A DNA stretch of 64,000 nt. Origin: Bacteroidales bacterium (GTDB taxonomy: Bacteria > Bacteroidota > Bacteroidia > Bacteroidales > WCHB1-69). Within the stretch, counting starts at the first letter, position 1. Each line of letters begins with the position of its first letter. A program made the translations under genes and the position numbers. The stretch covers positions 18,951 through 82,950 of the forward strand of contig JAQUWC010000001.1 of NCBI GenBank assembly GCA_028693085.1, given 5' to 3'. Below the pieces are notes generated by a model. The model did not search any database. It had not been told where the DNA came from and saw only the letters and a program-made list of their open reading frames with translations. This document shows positions 54,562 through 64,000 of the stretch, piece by piece.

Positions 54562-55935
54562 TTATAAGCGTTCGAGTTTTACGGTGAAGTGTCGCATAAT
54601 GTCGGCTTCCCAAGCAATTTTCACTCCTCGATTGATTTGTTCCTTTCGGTCAAAGACATTTTTAAGTGCTACAGCAATTACATCCATATGATTATTGGTA
54701 TACACTCTTCTGGGGATAGCCAGACGAAGGAAATCATTGCCTCCGAAACGGTTTTGGCGAGTAACGGGATCGCGGTCGGCTAAAAGATAACCTATTTCGC
54801 AACCGCGTATGCCGGCTTCAAGATATAACTCGATGGTTAAGGTTTGTGCCGGGAATTCTTCTTTAGGAACATGTGTCAACACTTTGGGAGCATCAATAAA
54901 GATTGCATGTCCACCTGCAGGTCGTTGATAGGGAATATTAAATTCATCTAGTCGTTGAGCCAAATATTGTATTTGTTTTATGCGTGTTTCTAGGTTATCA
55001 AACTCTGTATTTTCGTCTAATCCAATGGCTACAGCATTCATATCACGGCCATTCATCCCACCGTAGGTGATATATCCTTCATAGACAATGCCAAAAACTT
55101 TAGCTCGATCGTACCAATCTTGAATATTGGTAGCAATAAATCCACCCATATTGACAACGGCGTCTTTCTTTGCACTCATAGTCATGCCATCAGCATAGCT
55201 AAACATCTCACGACATATTTCCTTGATTGTTTTATTTTCATATCCTTTTTCGCGTATTTTGATGAAATAGGCATTTTCGGCAAAACGCGCTGAGTCGAAT
55301 AATACGGGTTTATGGTACTTATTGGCAATGTTTCTGACCTGACGGAGGTTTTTCATCGAAACAGGTTGACCACCGGCCGTGTTATTGGTAATGGTTACAA
55401 TGACAAACGGAACTTTATCGGCTTTTTCGGATAAAAATTTATCCAATTTGTCCGGATCGACATTTCCTTTAAAAGGCACTTCAAGTTGTGTGTTTTTGGC
55501 CTCGTCGACGGTACAATCCACAGCAAAGGCTTTGCGCGATTCGATATGTCCCTTGGTAGTGTCGAAATGAGAATTGCCGGGGATGTAGTCGCCTTCTTTT
55601 ACCAAACAGGAAAATAATACGTTTTCGGCGGCACGTCCTTGATGTGTCGGCAATACATATTCAAATCCGGTCAAGCGGTTAATCATTTCTTTCATTTTAA
55701 AGAAAGAGGTCGCCCCTGCATAACTTTCATCACCTATCATCATACCGGCCCATTGACGATCACTCATCGCATTGGTCCCTGAATCGGTTAATAAATCTAT
55801 ATAAACTTGTTCTGCTTTTAATTGAAAAACATTATAATGAGCTTCTTTTATCCATTTTTCACGTTCTTTACGTGTACTCTTACGGATAGGCTCTACCATT
55901 TTAATTTTCCAGGATTCTGCAAAAGGTAATTCCAT
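54562..55935 (-). CDS. tnaA: Tryptophanase (tryptophan indole-lyase)
   Basis: Beta-eliminating lyase. FDTTKGH, DSARFAENAYFIK and MSAKKDA (PLP lysine) match recalled E. coli TnaA motifs better than the tyrosine phenol-lyase equivalents (FTTTRYH, MSGKKDC). Confidence 0.8.
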   Translation of the reverse strand: MELPFAESWKIKMVEPIRKSTRKEREKWIKEAHYNVFQLKAEQVYIDLLTDSGTNAMSDRQWAGMMIGDESYAGATSFFKMKEMINRLTGFEYVLPTHQGRAAENVLFSCLVKEGDYIPGNSHFDTTKGHIESRKAFAVDCTVDEAKNTQLEVPFKGNVDPDKLDKFLSEKADKVPFVIVTITNNTAGGQPVSMKNLRQVRNIANKYHKPVLFDSARFAENAYFIKIREKGYENKTIKEICREMFSYADGMTMSAKKDAVVNMGGFIATNIQDWYDRAKVFGIVYEGYITYGGMNGRDMNAVAIGLDENTEFDNLETRIKQIQYLAQRLDEFNIPYQRPAGGHAIFIDAPKVLTHVPKEEFPAQTLTIELYLEAGIRGCEIGYLLADRDPVTRQNRFGGNDFLRLAIPRRVYTNNHMDVIAVALKNVFDRKEQINRGVKIAWEADIMRHFTVKLERL

Positions 55936-56158
55936 ATTTTTATAATTTTAAATTATTTCTATATAAATAAATTGTGATTTTTACTACTTTGGCTTAACAT
56001 CAAATAAAAGGATCGCGATCTTTGATGTTCAAATATCTATGATGAATACGAAATGTTTTTCCCTTCATATTTATATTTGCAAAAACGTTTCATGCAAAAA
56101 TAAACATTTTTCAATTATGCAAGTAAAAAATAAAAAGATTATTTACGAAGTATAAAAA

Positions 56159-56734
56159 TTACTTCATAGGAAATATGATTTTTTCTATGTATTCACAGAG
56201 AATATGGCCTATTAAAATATGCGATTCTTGTATGCGGGGAGTTTGATTTGAAGGAACGTTTAAAAGGATATCAGCATAGTTTTTCAGTTTACCGCCATCC
56301 AAGCCTGTAAGAGCGATGGATTTCACATTCATTTCATTAGCAGTCTGAAAAACTTGAATCATATTGCTTGAATTTCCCGAAGTAGACAAACCAATTAATA
56401 CATCTCCTTCTTTGGCATTAGCTTGTAAAAGTCTGGAAAACACATAATCAAATCCATAGTCATTAGCCACAGCAGTAAGAAAGGATGTATTGCAGTGAAG
56501 AGCTTCAGCGGATAAAGGGTTCCGATCGTAGTTAAAACGTCCGCTGAGTTCAGCTGCCAGATGTTGAGCATCAGCAGCACTGCCACCGTTACCACAAAAA
56601 AACAGGGTGCCTCCCGATTTCAGACTTTCTACACAAAGTGTAATGGCATCTTCTAAACGATGCAATAAGTCTGAGTTTTGAAGAACTTTTTCTTTGACGT
56701 TAATGCTATTTATGATGCTTTGTTTTAAATCCAT
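56159..56734 (-). CDS. gmhA: D-sedoheptulose-7-phosphate isomerase (SIS domain)
   Basis: 191 aa. CGNGGSAADAQHLAAELSGRF and STSGNS motifs. Confidence 0.8.
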   Translation of the reverse strand: MDLKQSIINSINVKEKVLQNSDLLHRLEDAITLCVESLKSGGTLFFCGNGGSAADAQHLAAELSGRFNYDRNPLSAEALHCNTSFLTAVANDYGFDYVFSRLLQANAKEGDVLIGLSTSGNSSNMIQVFQTANEMNVKSIALTGLDGGKLKNYADILLNVPSNQTPRIQESHILIGHILCEYIEKIIFPMK

Positions 56735-56745
56735 AATTATACGTT

Positions 56746-57876
56746 TTATTTTTGTGATAATGCGATTATTTTTTCTGTCAGTTTACTCCATGCATATTTG
56801 TTTTTTTCTTTGATAACATTGCTTTCGAATTCTGCTTGTCGGTTGTTCTCAAAAAAATCAACAAGAGCTTCGGCAATGGTTTTTGCATCGGGAGCAAGGG
56901 TATATCCAATCAAACCGTGTGGCACGATTTCCGCCAAGCCGCCTACTTTTGTTACTAACATGGCCTTTTCAAAATGAAAAGCGATCTGAGTAACACCACT
57001 TTGTGTGGCAGTTTTATAAGGTTGTGTTACAATATCACAGGCTGAGAAATATGCATTTACCAAGTCGTTCGGGATAAATTCGGTATGTAGTTCAACCCAA
57101 GGTTCTAATTGTAAATCTTTAATTTTTTCACGATATCCTTCTTCGTTTTCATAAAATTCGCCGGCGACGATTAGTTTAGTATGGTATTTTCTCAAGCGAT
57201 TATCGGCAAATGCATCTAACAATAAATCTAATCCTTTGTAACGCCTGATAAAACCGAAGAAGAGTAAGTATCTATAGTTTTTATCTAATCCTATTCTTTC
57301 TAAAGCAACTTCTCTGGGTAATTTTTCTCCGTAATGATCATAAATTGGATGAGGGGTATAGATCTTTAGTTTGTTTTTTTTGTCAAAGGTATTGATATCG
57401 TGAATAACAGATTTAGAAAGAGAGACAAAAGCGTGCATTTTACTTACAAAATAAAATGGAAGTATTTTATCAAGTATCGTTGATTCATGTGGAATCATAT
57501 TATGTACTAAAGCGATTAATTTTGATTTTTTGTTTTTACGAATTTGTCGTGCTATTGTGCCAAAACAAGGAGCCATAAAGGACATCCAATAACAAAAAAT
57601 TACAATATCGGCATTTTTATTACGAATTTCTTTCCCGGTTTGTATCCAATTAATCGGATTAATGGAATTTATTTGCCTTAGTATGGAAAGATTAATCGGT
57701 TTCGGGTCATCCGTAAATTGAGTTTTACCAGGGAATAAAAAAGATGGGTATTGAAGTGTAAATGTAATCATTTCAACATCATGTCCTTCATTATGAAATT
57801 GATTGGCCATGCGTTCATTAAACGTCGCTAAGCCTCCACGATAGGGATGTGCTGTGCCAATAATAATTATTTTCAT
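56746..57876 (-). CDS. Glycosyltransferase, GT-B fold (GT4-like)
   Basis: MKIIIIGTAHPYRGGLATF...; the C-terminal half has the E(x7)E-region pattern of a GT-B retaining transferase. Confidence 0.75.
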   Translation of the reverse strand: MKIIIIGTAHPYRGGLATFNERMANQFHNEGHDVEMITFTLQYPSFLFPGKTQFTDDPKPINLSILRQINSINPINWIQTGKEIRNKNADIVIFCYWMSFMAPCFGTIARQIRKNKKSKLIALVHNMIPHESTILDKILPFYFVSKMHAFVSLSKSVIHDINTFDKKNKLKIYTPHPIYDHYGEKLPREVALERIGLDKNYRYLLFFGFIRRYKGLDLLLDAFADNRLRKYHTKLIVAGEFYENEEGYREKIKDLQLEPWVELHTEFIPNDLVNAYFSACDIVTQPYKTATQSGVTQIAFHFEKAMLVTKVGGLAEIVPHGLIGYTLAPDAKTIAEALVDFFENNRQAEFESNVIKEKNKYAWSKLTEKIIALSQK

Positions 57877-57880
57877 CTTC

Positions 57881-58654
57881 TTAATATTTACGTGTAAAAG
57901 GATATTTCAATATAATTATGAAATGCGCCCATAAAGTAGAGCATAAGCCGAAATGTTTTTTCATAATGAGATAGCGTTCTTTCCAGGCTTTTGTTTCGTT
58001 TTTACTTGATATGCCCGATACCATATAATTCGACAAATAATTATCGATATAAATATTTTGTTGAGATATGCCTAATATGTTTATCACCCAATCATAATCA
58101 GAAGCAATTCTATATTGCAAATTATAAAATGGGGTAATTTCTTTTTTAACAAGTATGGCTTGATGACATACAACCAACCCCTTTAGCAGGCTCTTTTTTG
58201 TCAGTCCCTTAGGGGCTGTTTTACGCATATTACCTAATATCTTATCTTCTTGATCAATCATCAAGGATTTACCATATAAAACATCGCAGGAAGGATTTTG
58301 ATTTAAACATTCAATGATTCCATGTAAGGTATTATTAGAATGAATTTTATCTCCTGCATTTATAAACCATACATACTCACCTTTTGCCATTTTCAGCCCT
58401 TTATTCATGGCATCGTATAAACCTTTATCTGCTTCGCTCATCCAATGAAAATGCTCGGGACCTAGGGTGTATTCTCCTTGGCTGATTTTAGATTCATGGT
58501 TTTGTATAATATCAAGGGTATTATCTGTTGAATTTCCATCAATAATTATATATTCAAAATCCGAACAATCTTGATTAAGTATACTAAGTATTGTTTTTTC
58601 AAGAAATTGACCGGCATTAAATGTAACACTTATGATGGAAATACGAGGCTTCAT
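57881..58654 (-). CDS. Family 2 glycosyltransferase
   Basis: ISIISVTFNAGQFLEKTILSILNQDCSDFEYIIIDGNSTDNT, a classic GT2 N-terminus. Confidence 0.8.
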   Translation of the reverse strand: MKPRISIISVTFNAGQFLEKTILSILNQDCSDFEYIIIDGNSTDNTLDIIQNHESKISQGEYTLGPEHFHWMSEADKGLYDAMNKGLKMAKGEYVWFINAGDKIHSNNTLHGIIECLNQNPSCDVLYGKSLMIDQEDKILGNMRKTAPKGLTKKSLLKGLVVCHQAILVKKEITPFYNLQYRIASDYDWVINILGISQQNIYIDNYLSNYMVSGISSKNETKAWKERYLIMKKHFGLCSTLWAHFIIILKYPFTRKY

Positions 58655-58661
58655 ATTTATA

Positions 58662-59591
58662 TTATGCTTTTTCTTTTAGATACCATTGATATACCTGATA
58701 GATACCATCATGAAGAGATGTCGTATGTTCCCATCCACTTTGATGCAAACGATCGACGTTTAATAATTTACGAGGAGTTCCATCGGGTTTGCTGGTGTCG
58801 TAAACTATAACTCCATCAAATCCTATTGTTTCTTTGACGATTAGCGCCAATTCGTGAATGCTAAGATCTTGACCGGTGCCAATATTAACATGTATTTCAT
58901 CCGAATAATGATTCATGAGATGCAACAATGCATCGGCGAGGTCGTCCACATAAAGGAACTCTCTTAATGCATTTCCTGTACCCCATAAATACACTTCAGC
59001 TTTTTGTTGAACTTTTGCTTCATGAAATTTTCGTATCATGGCGGGAAGAACGTGGGAAGAATTTAAATCGAAATTATCGTTGATGCCGTATAAATTAGTT
59101 GGCATGGCTGAAATGAAATCACATCCATATTGTCGGCGATAGAACTTACACATTTCCAAGCCGGCAATTTTAGCAATGGCATAGGCTTCGTTGGTAGGTT
59201 CCAAGGTACCGGTAAGTAAATATTCCTCTTTGATGGGTTGTTGAGCCATTTTGGGATATATACAGGAACTGCCCAAAAACAATAATTTTTTCACTTTATT
59301 GATATAGGCTGCGTGGATGATATTGCTTTCTATCATTAGATTGTCATAAATGAATTCAGCAGGATAAGTGTTGTTTGCATGTATGCCTCCTACTTTAGCC
59401 GCTGCCAAAAAAACATAATCGGGCTTCTCTTTCGAGAAAAAATTGTTTACGGCTTGTTGATAACGTAAGTCAAGTGCATGCAAATCGCGGGTAAGCACAT
59501 TGGTATACCCCTGTTTAGCCAATGCTCGCATAATGGCAGAACCTACCAAACCGGTATGACCGGCTACATATATTTTATCTTTCTTATTCAT
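58662..59591 (-). CDS. fcl: GDP-L-fucose synthase
   Basis: [22 protein letters not shown], and the YAIAK catalytic Y-x3-K. 309 aa, adjacent to gmd. Confidence 0.9.
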   Translation of the reverse strand: MNKKDKIYVAGHTGLVGSAIMRALAKQGYTNVLTRDLHALDLRYQQAVNNFFSKEKPDYVFLAAAKVGGIHANNTYPAEFIYDNLMIESNIIHAAYINKVKKLLFLGSSCIYPKMAQQPIKEEYLLTGTLEPTNEAYAIAKIAGLEMCKFYRRQYGCDFISAMPTNLYGINDNFDLNSSHVLPAMIRKFHEAKVQQKAEVYLWGTGNALREFLYVDDLADALLHLMNHYSDEIHVNIGTGQDLSIHELALIVKETIGFDGVIVYDTSKPDGTPRKLLNVDRLHQSGWEHTTSLHDGIYQVYQWYLKEKA

Positions 59592-59600
59592 AATAATATT

Positions 59601-60674
59601 TTATATGGTTTTGGAACGATATGTTTTAACAAATTCCAAATCATGTTTCATCATAATCTTTACCAATTCATGAAAGGAAGTTTTAGTAGGATTCCACCCC
59701 AATAATTTTTTCGCTTTGGAAGGATTACCCAATAATTGTTCTACTTCTGTGGGTCGATAATATTTTGGGTCGACTTCAACTAAAACATTTCCGGTTAAGC
59801 TATCGATACCTTTTTCACTTTCGTTTTCACCTTCCCAACGCAAATGGATACCGGCTTCGGCAAAGGCAAAGGTACAAAATTCACGTACTGAATGTGTTTC
59901 TCCTGTAGCAATAACAAAATCTTCGGGTTGAGAATGTTGTAATATCATCCACATACATTCGACATAATCACATGCATAACCCCAATCGCGTTGGGCATTC
60001 AGATTGCCTAAATAGAGTTTTTTTTGCATACCGAGTGCAATACGAGCAGCAGCAAGAGTGATTTTGCGGGTAACAAAGGTCTCGCCTCTGCGTTCACTTT
60101 CATGATTAAATAATATACCATTGGCGGCAAACATCTGATAAGCTTCTCTGTAATTTTTAGTTATCCAAAAACCATATAATTTAGCTACACCATATGGAGA
60201 ACGAGGATAAAAAGGAGTGCTTTCGCTTTGAGGAATCTCTTGAACTTTCCCGTATAATTCGGATGTAGATGCTTGATAAATTTTCGTTTTCTTCTCCATT
60301 TTTAGAATTCGAACAGCCTCCAAGATGCGAAGGGTTCCAATGGCATCCGATTCGGCCGTGTATTCAGGGACTTCGAACGATACTTTTACATGGGATTGAG
60401 CCGCTAAATTATATATTTCATCCGGCTGTATCGATTGTATAATACGTATGATAGAAGATGAATCGGTCATATCACCATAATGTAGTTCCAGCTTTCGCTC
60501 TTGTTTCATGTCTTCTATCCATTCATCGAAATACAAATGTTCGATACGTCCGGTATTAAAATAAGAGGCACGACGCATCAAACCATGTACTTCATATCCT
60601 TTTTCCAACAAAAATTCGGCAAGATAGGAACCATCTTGTCCCGTTATTCCTGTTATTAAAGCTACTTTTTTCAT
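59601..60674 (-). CDS. gmd: GDP-mannose 4,6-dehydratase
   Basis: [51 protein letters not shown]. Confidence 0.95.
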   Translation of the reverse strand: MKKVALITGITGQDGSYLAEFLLEKGYEVHGLMRRASYFNTGRIEHLYFDEWIEDMKQERKLELHYGDMTDSSSIIRIIQSIQPDEIYNLAAQSHVKVSFEVPEYTAESDAIGTLRILEAVRILKMEKKTKIYQASTSELYGKVQEIPQSESTPFYPRSPYGVAKLYGFWITKNYREAYQMFAANGILFNHESERRGETFVTRKITLAAARIALGMQKKLYLGNLNAQRDWGYACDYVECMWMILQHSQPEDFVIATGETHSVREFCTFAFAEAGIHLRWEGENESEKGIDSLTGNVLVEVDPKYYRPTEVEQLLGNPSKAKKLLGWNPTKTSFHELVKIMMKHDLEFVKTYRSKTI

Positions 60675-60676
60675 TA

Positions 60677-63289
60677 TTATTTGTTTTTTAACATTAAATG
60701 ATTCTTATGGTTGTAAAAAGTGTAAACTAAAGCTGCCAATAATAGTACAATGATAACTATGGAAGAAGCCATAGCTATTCTTCCACTTAATATACTCATA
60801 TGTGGAATATATTTAAATTCTATGGTGTGTTCTCCTGCAGGTACTACCATGGCTCTTAAGATATAATTCACGCGGAAATGTGGAGTCTCCTTGCCATCTA
60901 AATAAGATACCCATCCTCCTTTATTATAGAATACTTCTGAAAAAACAAGCAATTGTGATTTATTAGCTTTCGATGTGTAAGTTAATCGGTTAGGATTACA
61001 TAGGGTATTGATAACACTAGTATTGGAATCTCTTGATAACTCCTTATCTTTTACCATATCAACAAATCGTTTATCGATAATGGCTGTATCTTTAATATTT
61101 ACATCATAAAGTGCTAATATTTCTTGGTCTGGATTTTCAACGAATTTGTAACCATTTGATACCCATACGCTTCCAAAAGCATAAGGATTTTGTAAAGGAA
61201 TAAGTTGATTGTTTGCTCCGGGAAGTATAAAATATTTAGTATTTAACATATTTAATACTTTAAACTTTTCAGGGTTTACCATTTCCATATTCCCTTGAGC
61301 ATTCATTATTTCTGAATAATAGGCTTGAATTTCATTACTTATATGGAAATCGATCATATCTTGATAACGTCGTAATTTAGCCGGACTATAACCACCTATG
61401 GATTTATGAAAATAAGAAGTGGCAGATTCATTAAAAGTATTAGAGGCCAAATTTAAAACTCTGTAATTGATATCCGAATCTTGTAAAATAATTCTATCCG
61501 CTTCATTTGCTTGGTGGAAATTTTCTACTTTATTTTTAGCTTGAAAATCGTCGTTATTTAAATATCGTTTAGCCACCGTCCAACCATCGATAAGCACTAA
61601 TAACGTCAAAGAAGCAATGATGATATTTATGTTTTTTAATGAACCTTTGGTATAGAGCCAAAGTAATCCGAAAGCAAGCGAAATAAAAATGATAGAACGA
61701 AATACGTCTTGGTAAGCCATGGATTTACGATAATCCATTAATATTGAAAGTATGCTTCCTGCCCGATTTTCATCAAAACCTGCACTTAAAAGTTGATTTT
61801 TAAATTGAGTATCACCAGAAGCGGTAAAATCAAAAAACATAGCAGCACAAAGTGCTAAGAATAAGCATAAACCAGCAGCAATAAAATAGCTGACTTTAAG
61901 ATTTTTAAATATGATATCCTTGGAAAGTTTCTGTGAAAATAATTCTTTTAATCCTAACATTCCGAGTATAGGCATGGCTACGCCGGCAATAATAAGCGCC
62001 ATAGCCGGAGTCCTAAATTTATTATAAAAAGGTAAATGATGAAACAAAAAATTGTTAATAACATCGAAGTTTTTTCCCCAAGATAAAATAAGTGAAACAA
62101 TAAAAGCGGTTACTATCCACCATTTTTCAGGTCCTTTAACTAAAAATAAGCCTAATATAAATAAGAAACAGACTATAGCTCCAGCATATACAGGACCGGA
62201 TGTAAAAGGTTGTTCTCCCCAGTAAGTGGGTAAATACGGAGACCCATATCCATTTTGACGTAGAGCTTGAAAAGTTTCTGAGTCAGGTTTCAATTCAGTA
62301 TGACCGCCCCCATATAAATTAGGCACTAATAAGGTAAATGTTTCCATTTTGCCATAGCTCCAGGCAAAGGCATAATCTTTTTCTAATCCACCTTCGTTGG
62401 GTGTTGTAGTACTGGCGTTTTTTTGTTTTTCTTCAGGAACAATGCTTAATTCGGAACCTCCTCTCATGGTGTCTTTACTGTAAACGTAAGTTGGCAATAA
62501 GTTACCAATATTTGGCAGTAGTGATAGTAATGCAGCAATAATTATTATCCCCAATGCTTTAAAAAAAGGTTTTAAAGTTTTTTCTTTCCATAAATAGTAG
62601 ATGAAATAGCATATTCCTATAGTGCCAGCAATTATTAATCCATAGTAAGTAATTTGAATATGGTTGCAACTAATTTCAATCCCTAAAAACAAGAGTGTTA
62701 TAATAGCCCCCATCCAGTATTTTTTTCGAAAAGCTAAAATAATACCACCAATCATAGGAGCAAGATAAGCCATGGCATAACCTTTAGTAACATGCCCTGC
62801 TTCAATAATAATTATATTATAAGAGGCAAAAGCATACACAACCGCTCCTAACAAAGCCATCCATGCATTGGCACCTATACAAAGCATAAAAATGTAAAAT
62901 CCTAATAAATAAGCAAATAACATTCCGGCGTGAAATAAAGGTAAGCCTCCTCTCAATGCTATACTGATTTTATAGAATATATTGAAATATGGTTTCCCCC
63001 AAAGCGTAATGGTAGGCATACCACTAAACATAGCATTGGTCCATTCAGCATATTCTCCTGTTTTTTCGTGATGAGATTTTACCTCTTGTGTCATGCCTTC
63101 TACACTAACCATATCACTTTGAGGTAATTCTTTGTTGTCGAAAAAAACAGGACTAAAGTATATTATAGTCAGAAGATACATGACAACAATGGCACAAACA
63201 TGAGGGATAGTTTTTTTTATATACGATGAAAAAAGAGTATGAGAATTTTTAGTTATGTTTGTCTTCTCTTTTACGTTATTATTTTTCAT
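60677..63289 (-). CDS. YfhO-family polytopic membrane protein (putative glycan/lipid-linked sugar transferase)
   Basis: 870 aa with about 13 TM helices in the N-terminal 550 aa, a soluble C-terminal domain and a terminal TM helix. Architecture recalled from the YfhO family. Confidence 0.7.
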   Translation of the reverse strand: MKNNNVKEKTNITKNSHTLFSSYIKKTIPHVCAIVVMYLLTIIYFSPVFFDNKELPQSDMVSVEGMTQEVKSHHEKTGEYAEWTNAMFSGMPTITLWGKPYFNIFYKISIALRGGLPLFHAGMLFAYLLGFYIFMLCIGANAWMALLGAVVYAFASYNIIIIEAGHVTKGYAMAYLAPMIGGIILAFRKKYWMGAIITLLFLGIEISCNHIQITYYGLIIAGTIGICYFIYYLWKEKTLKPFFKALGIIIIAALLSLLPNIGNLLPTYVYSKDTMRGGSELSIVPEEKQKNASTTTPNEGGLEKDYAFAWSYGKMETFTLLVPNLYGGGHTELKPDSETFQALRQNGYGSPYLPTYWGEQPFTSGPVYAGAIVCFLFILGLFLVKGPEKWWIVTAFIVSLILSWGKNFDVINNFLFHHLPFYNKFRTPAMALIIAGVAMPILGMLGLKELFSQKLSKDIIFKNLKVSYFIAAGLCLFLALCAAMFFDFTASGDTQFKNQLLSAGFDENRAGSILSILMDYRKSMAYQDVFRSIIFISLAFGLLWLYTKGSLKNINIIIASLTLLVLIDGWTVAKRYLNNDDFQAKNKVENFHQANEADRIILQDSDINYRVLNLASNTFNESATSYFHKSIGGYSPAKLRRYQDMIDFHISNEIQAYYSEIMNAQGNMEMVNPEKFKVLNMLNTKYFILPGANNQLIPLQNPYAFGSVWVSNGYKFVENPDQEILALYDVNIKDTAIIDKRFVDMVKDKELSRDSNTSVINTLCNPNRLTYTSKANKSQLLVFSEVFYNKGGWVSYLDGKETPHFRVNYILRAMVVPAGEHTIEFKYIPHMSILSGRIAMASSIVIIVLLLAALVYTFYNHKNHLMLKNK

Positions 63290-63416
63290 TTATGTTAAAT
63301 TAATGGATTTAGAATTAATGTGCAAAATTACATTTTTTTTATCATCTGATAGGATTAAAAAAGGATACTTTATTTGTATATATTGATTGATACAATATTA
63401 AATGCAATGATTAAAC

Positions 63417-64000
63417 TTATAGCTGTTGATATATTTTACAAGTATTAGATACCATTTCATTTATTGAAAAGTATTTTATTTTTTCTTTTCCTTTGGATAT
63501 TAGATCATTTCTTTTTTCTTTGTTTGATATAACCTTTTGTATACTATCTAATATCGAAATTTTATCTGTAGGATCAAAGTATTGAGCCGCATCTTGTGCT
63601 ATTTCAGGGAAACAACTTGTATTGCTTAAACATACAGGGCAATTATTGGCAAAAGCTTCTAAAATTGGAATGCCGAATCCTTCATAAAGAGATGGAAAAA
63701 CAAAAACCAAAGCATTTTGATATAAAGAATATAACATAGAATCGTTTGCTTGAATAGCAATCAACTGACTAAAAATAGAATATTTTTGAAATAAATGTAT
63801 TTCTTCTGAAGTAAATGCTTTTCCGGTACAAATCACTTTTAATGTTTTATTTGCATGTAAAAGTGGAACGATGGCTTCTAAAAAAAGGTAAAAGTTTTTG
63901 TAGCTTTTTCTTTCACCCACAAATAAAATATAATTTCCATATAAAGCATTGGATGCTTTAATTTGCTGATTATATCCGTGATATACCACTGTTATTTTAT
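63417..64000 (-). CDS. GT-B glycosyltransferase (GT1/GT4), 5' end beyond window
   Basis: C-terminal half with ILFVGERKSYKN...PSLYEGFGIPILEAFANNCPV. The frame stays open upstream of the track's alternative start to base 64000. Confidence 0.75.
   Translation of the reverse strand, partial: KITVVYHGYNQQIKASNALYGNYILFVGERKSYKNFYLFLEAIVPLLHANKTLKVICTGKAFTSEEIHLFQKYSIFSQLIAIQANDSMLYSLYQNALVFVFPSLYEGFGIPILEAFANNCPVCLSNTSCFPEIAQDAAQYFDPTDKISILDSIQKVISNKEKRNDLISKGKEKIKYFSINEMVSNTCKIYQQL

Noticed and set aside
56072-56079. Plus-strand TATATTTG promoter-like box between tnaA and gmhA
   Set aside because: There is no plus-strand gene downstream, since it would read antisense into gmhA. The 8-mer with two free positions is expected by chance in AT-rich spacers.
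55936-56090. TnaC-type leader peptide for tnaA
   Set aside because: The two candidate leader ORFs (18 and 22 codons) contain no Trp codon and bear no resemblance to TnaC.

Overview
AT-rich Bacteroidota chromosomal segment. The phylum call rests on TAnnTTTG -7 promoter boxes, T9SS C-terminal sorting domains and bamD-rpoZ-coaBC-DUF4835-recN synteny. All gene calls come from reading the translations and recalling family motifs; no searches were run. There are about 45 CDS. Most are housekeeping: htpG, rimO, dnaN, rocD, folD, ffh, fabG, recN, coaBC, metK, two tandem fadD-like ligases and tnaA. Envelope-glycan genes are also present: a polyprenyl-phosphate sugar transferase, a GT2 fusion, and a gmhA-GT4-GT2-fcl-gmd-yfhO-GT1 locus. 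Two accessory loci stand out. (i) A single 12.9-kb minus-strand gene (18686-31615) encodes a 4309-aa T9SS cargo. It is built from six ~545-aa modules, each a CARDB-like domain plus a fully capped parallel beta-helix, with a 3.26-kb two-module super-repeat inside. A start-less gene fragment and a repeat scar lie next to it. (ii) A very AT-rich, translationally coupled seven-gene minus-strand operon (48703-54034) encodes secreted proteins and lipoproteins around a T9SS-sorted Lys-C-like serine protease. It also contains an orphan T9SS-CTD remnant, a chimeric truncated paralog and a G7 tract. Other points of interest are nested perfect palindromes in the ABC-F/metK divergent region, a structured metK leader, and an orphan compound hairpin with a T7 tract. 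I saw no tRNA/rRNA genes, CRISPR arrays or intact mobile elements by eye.
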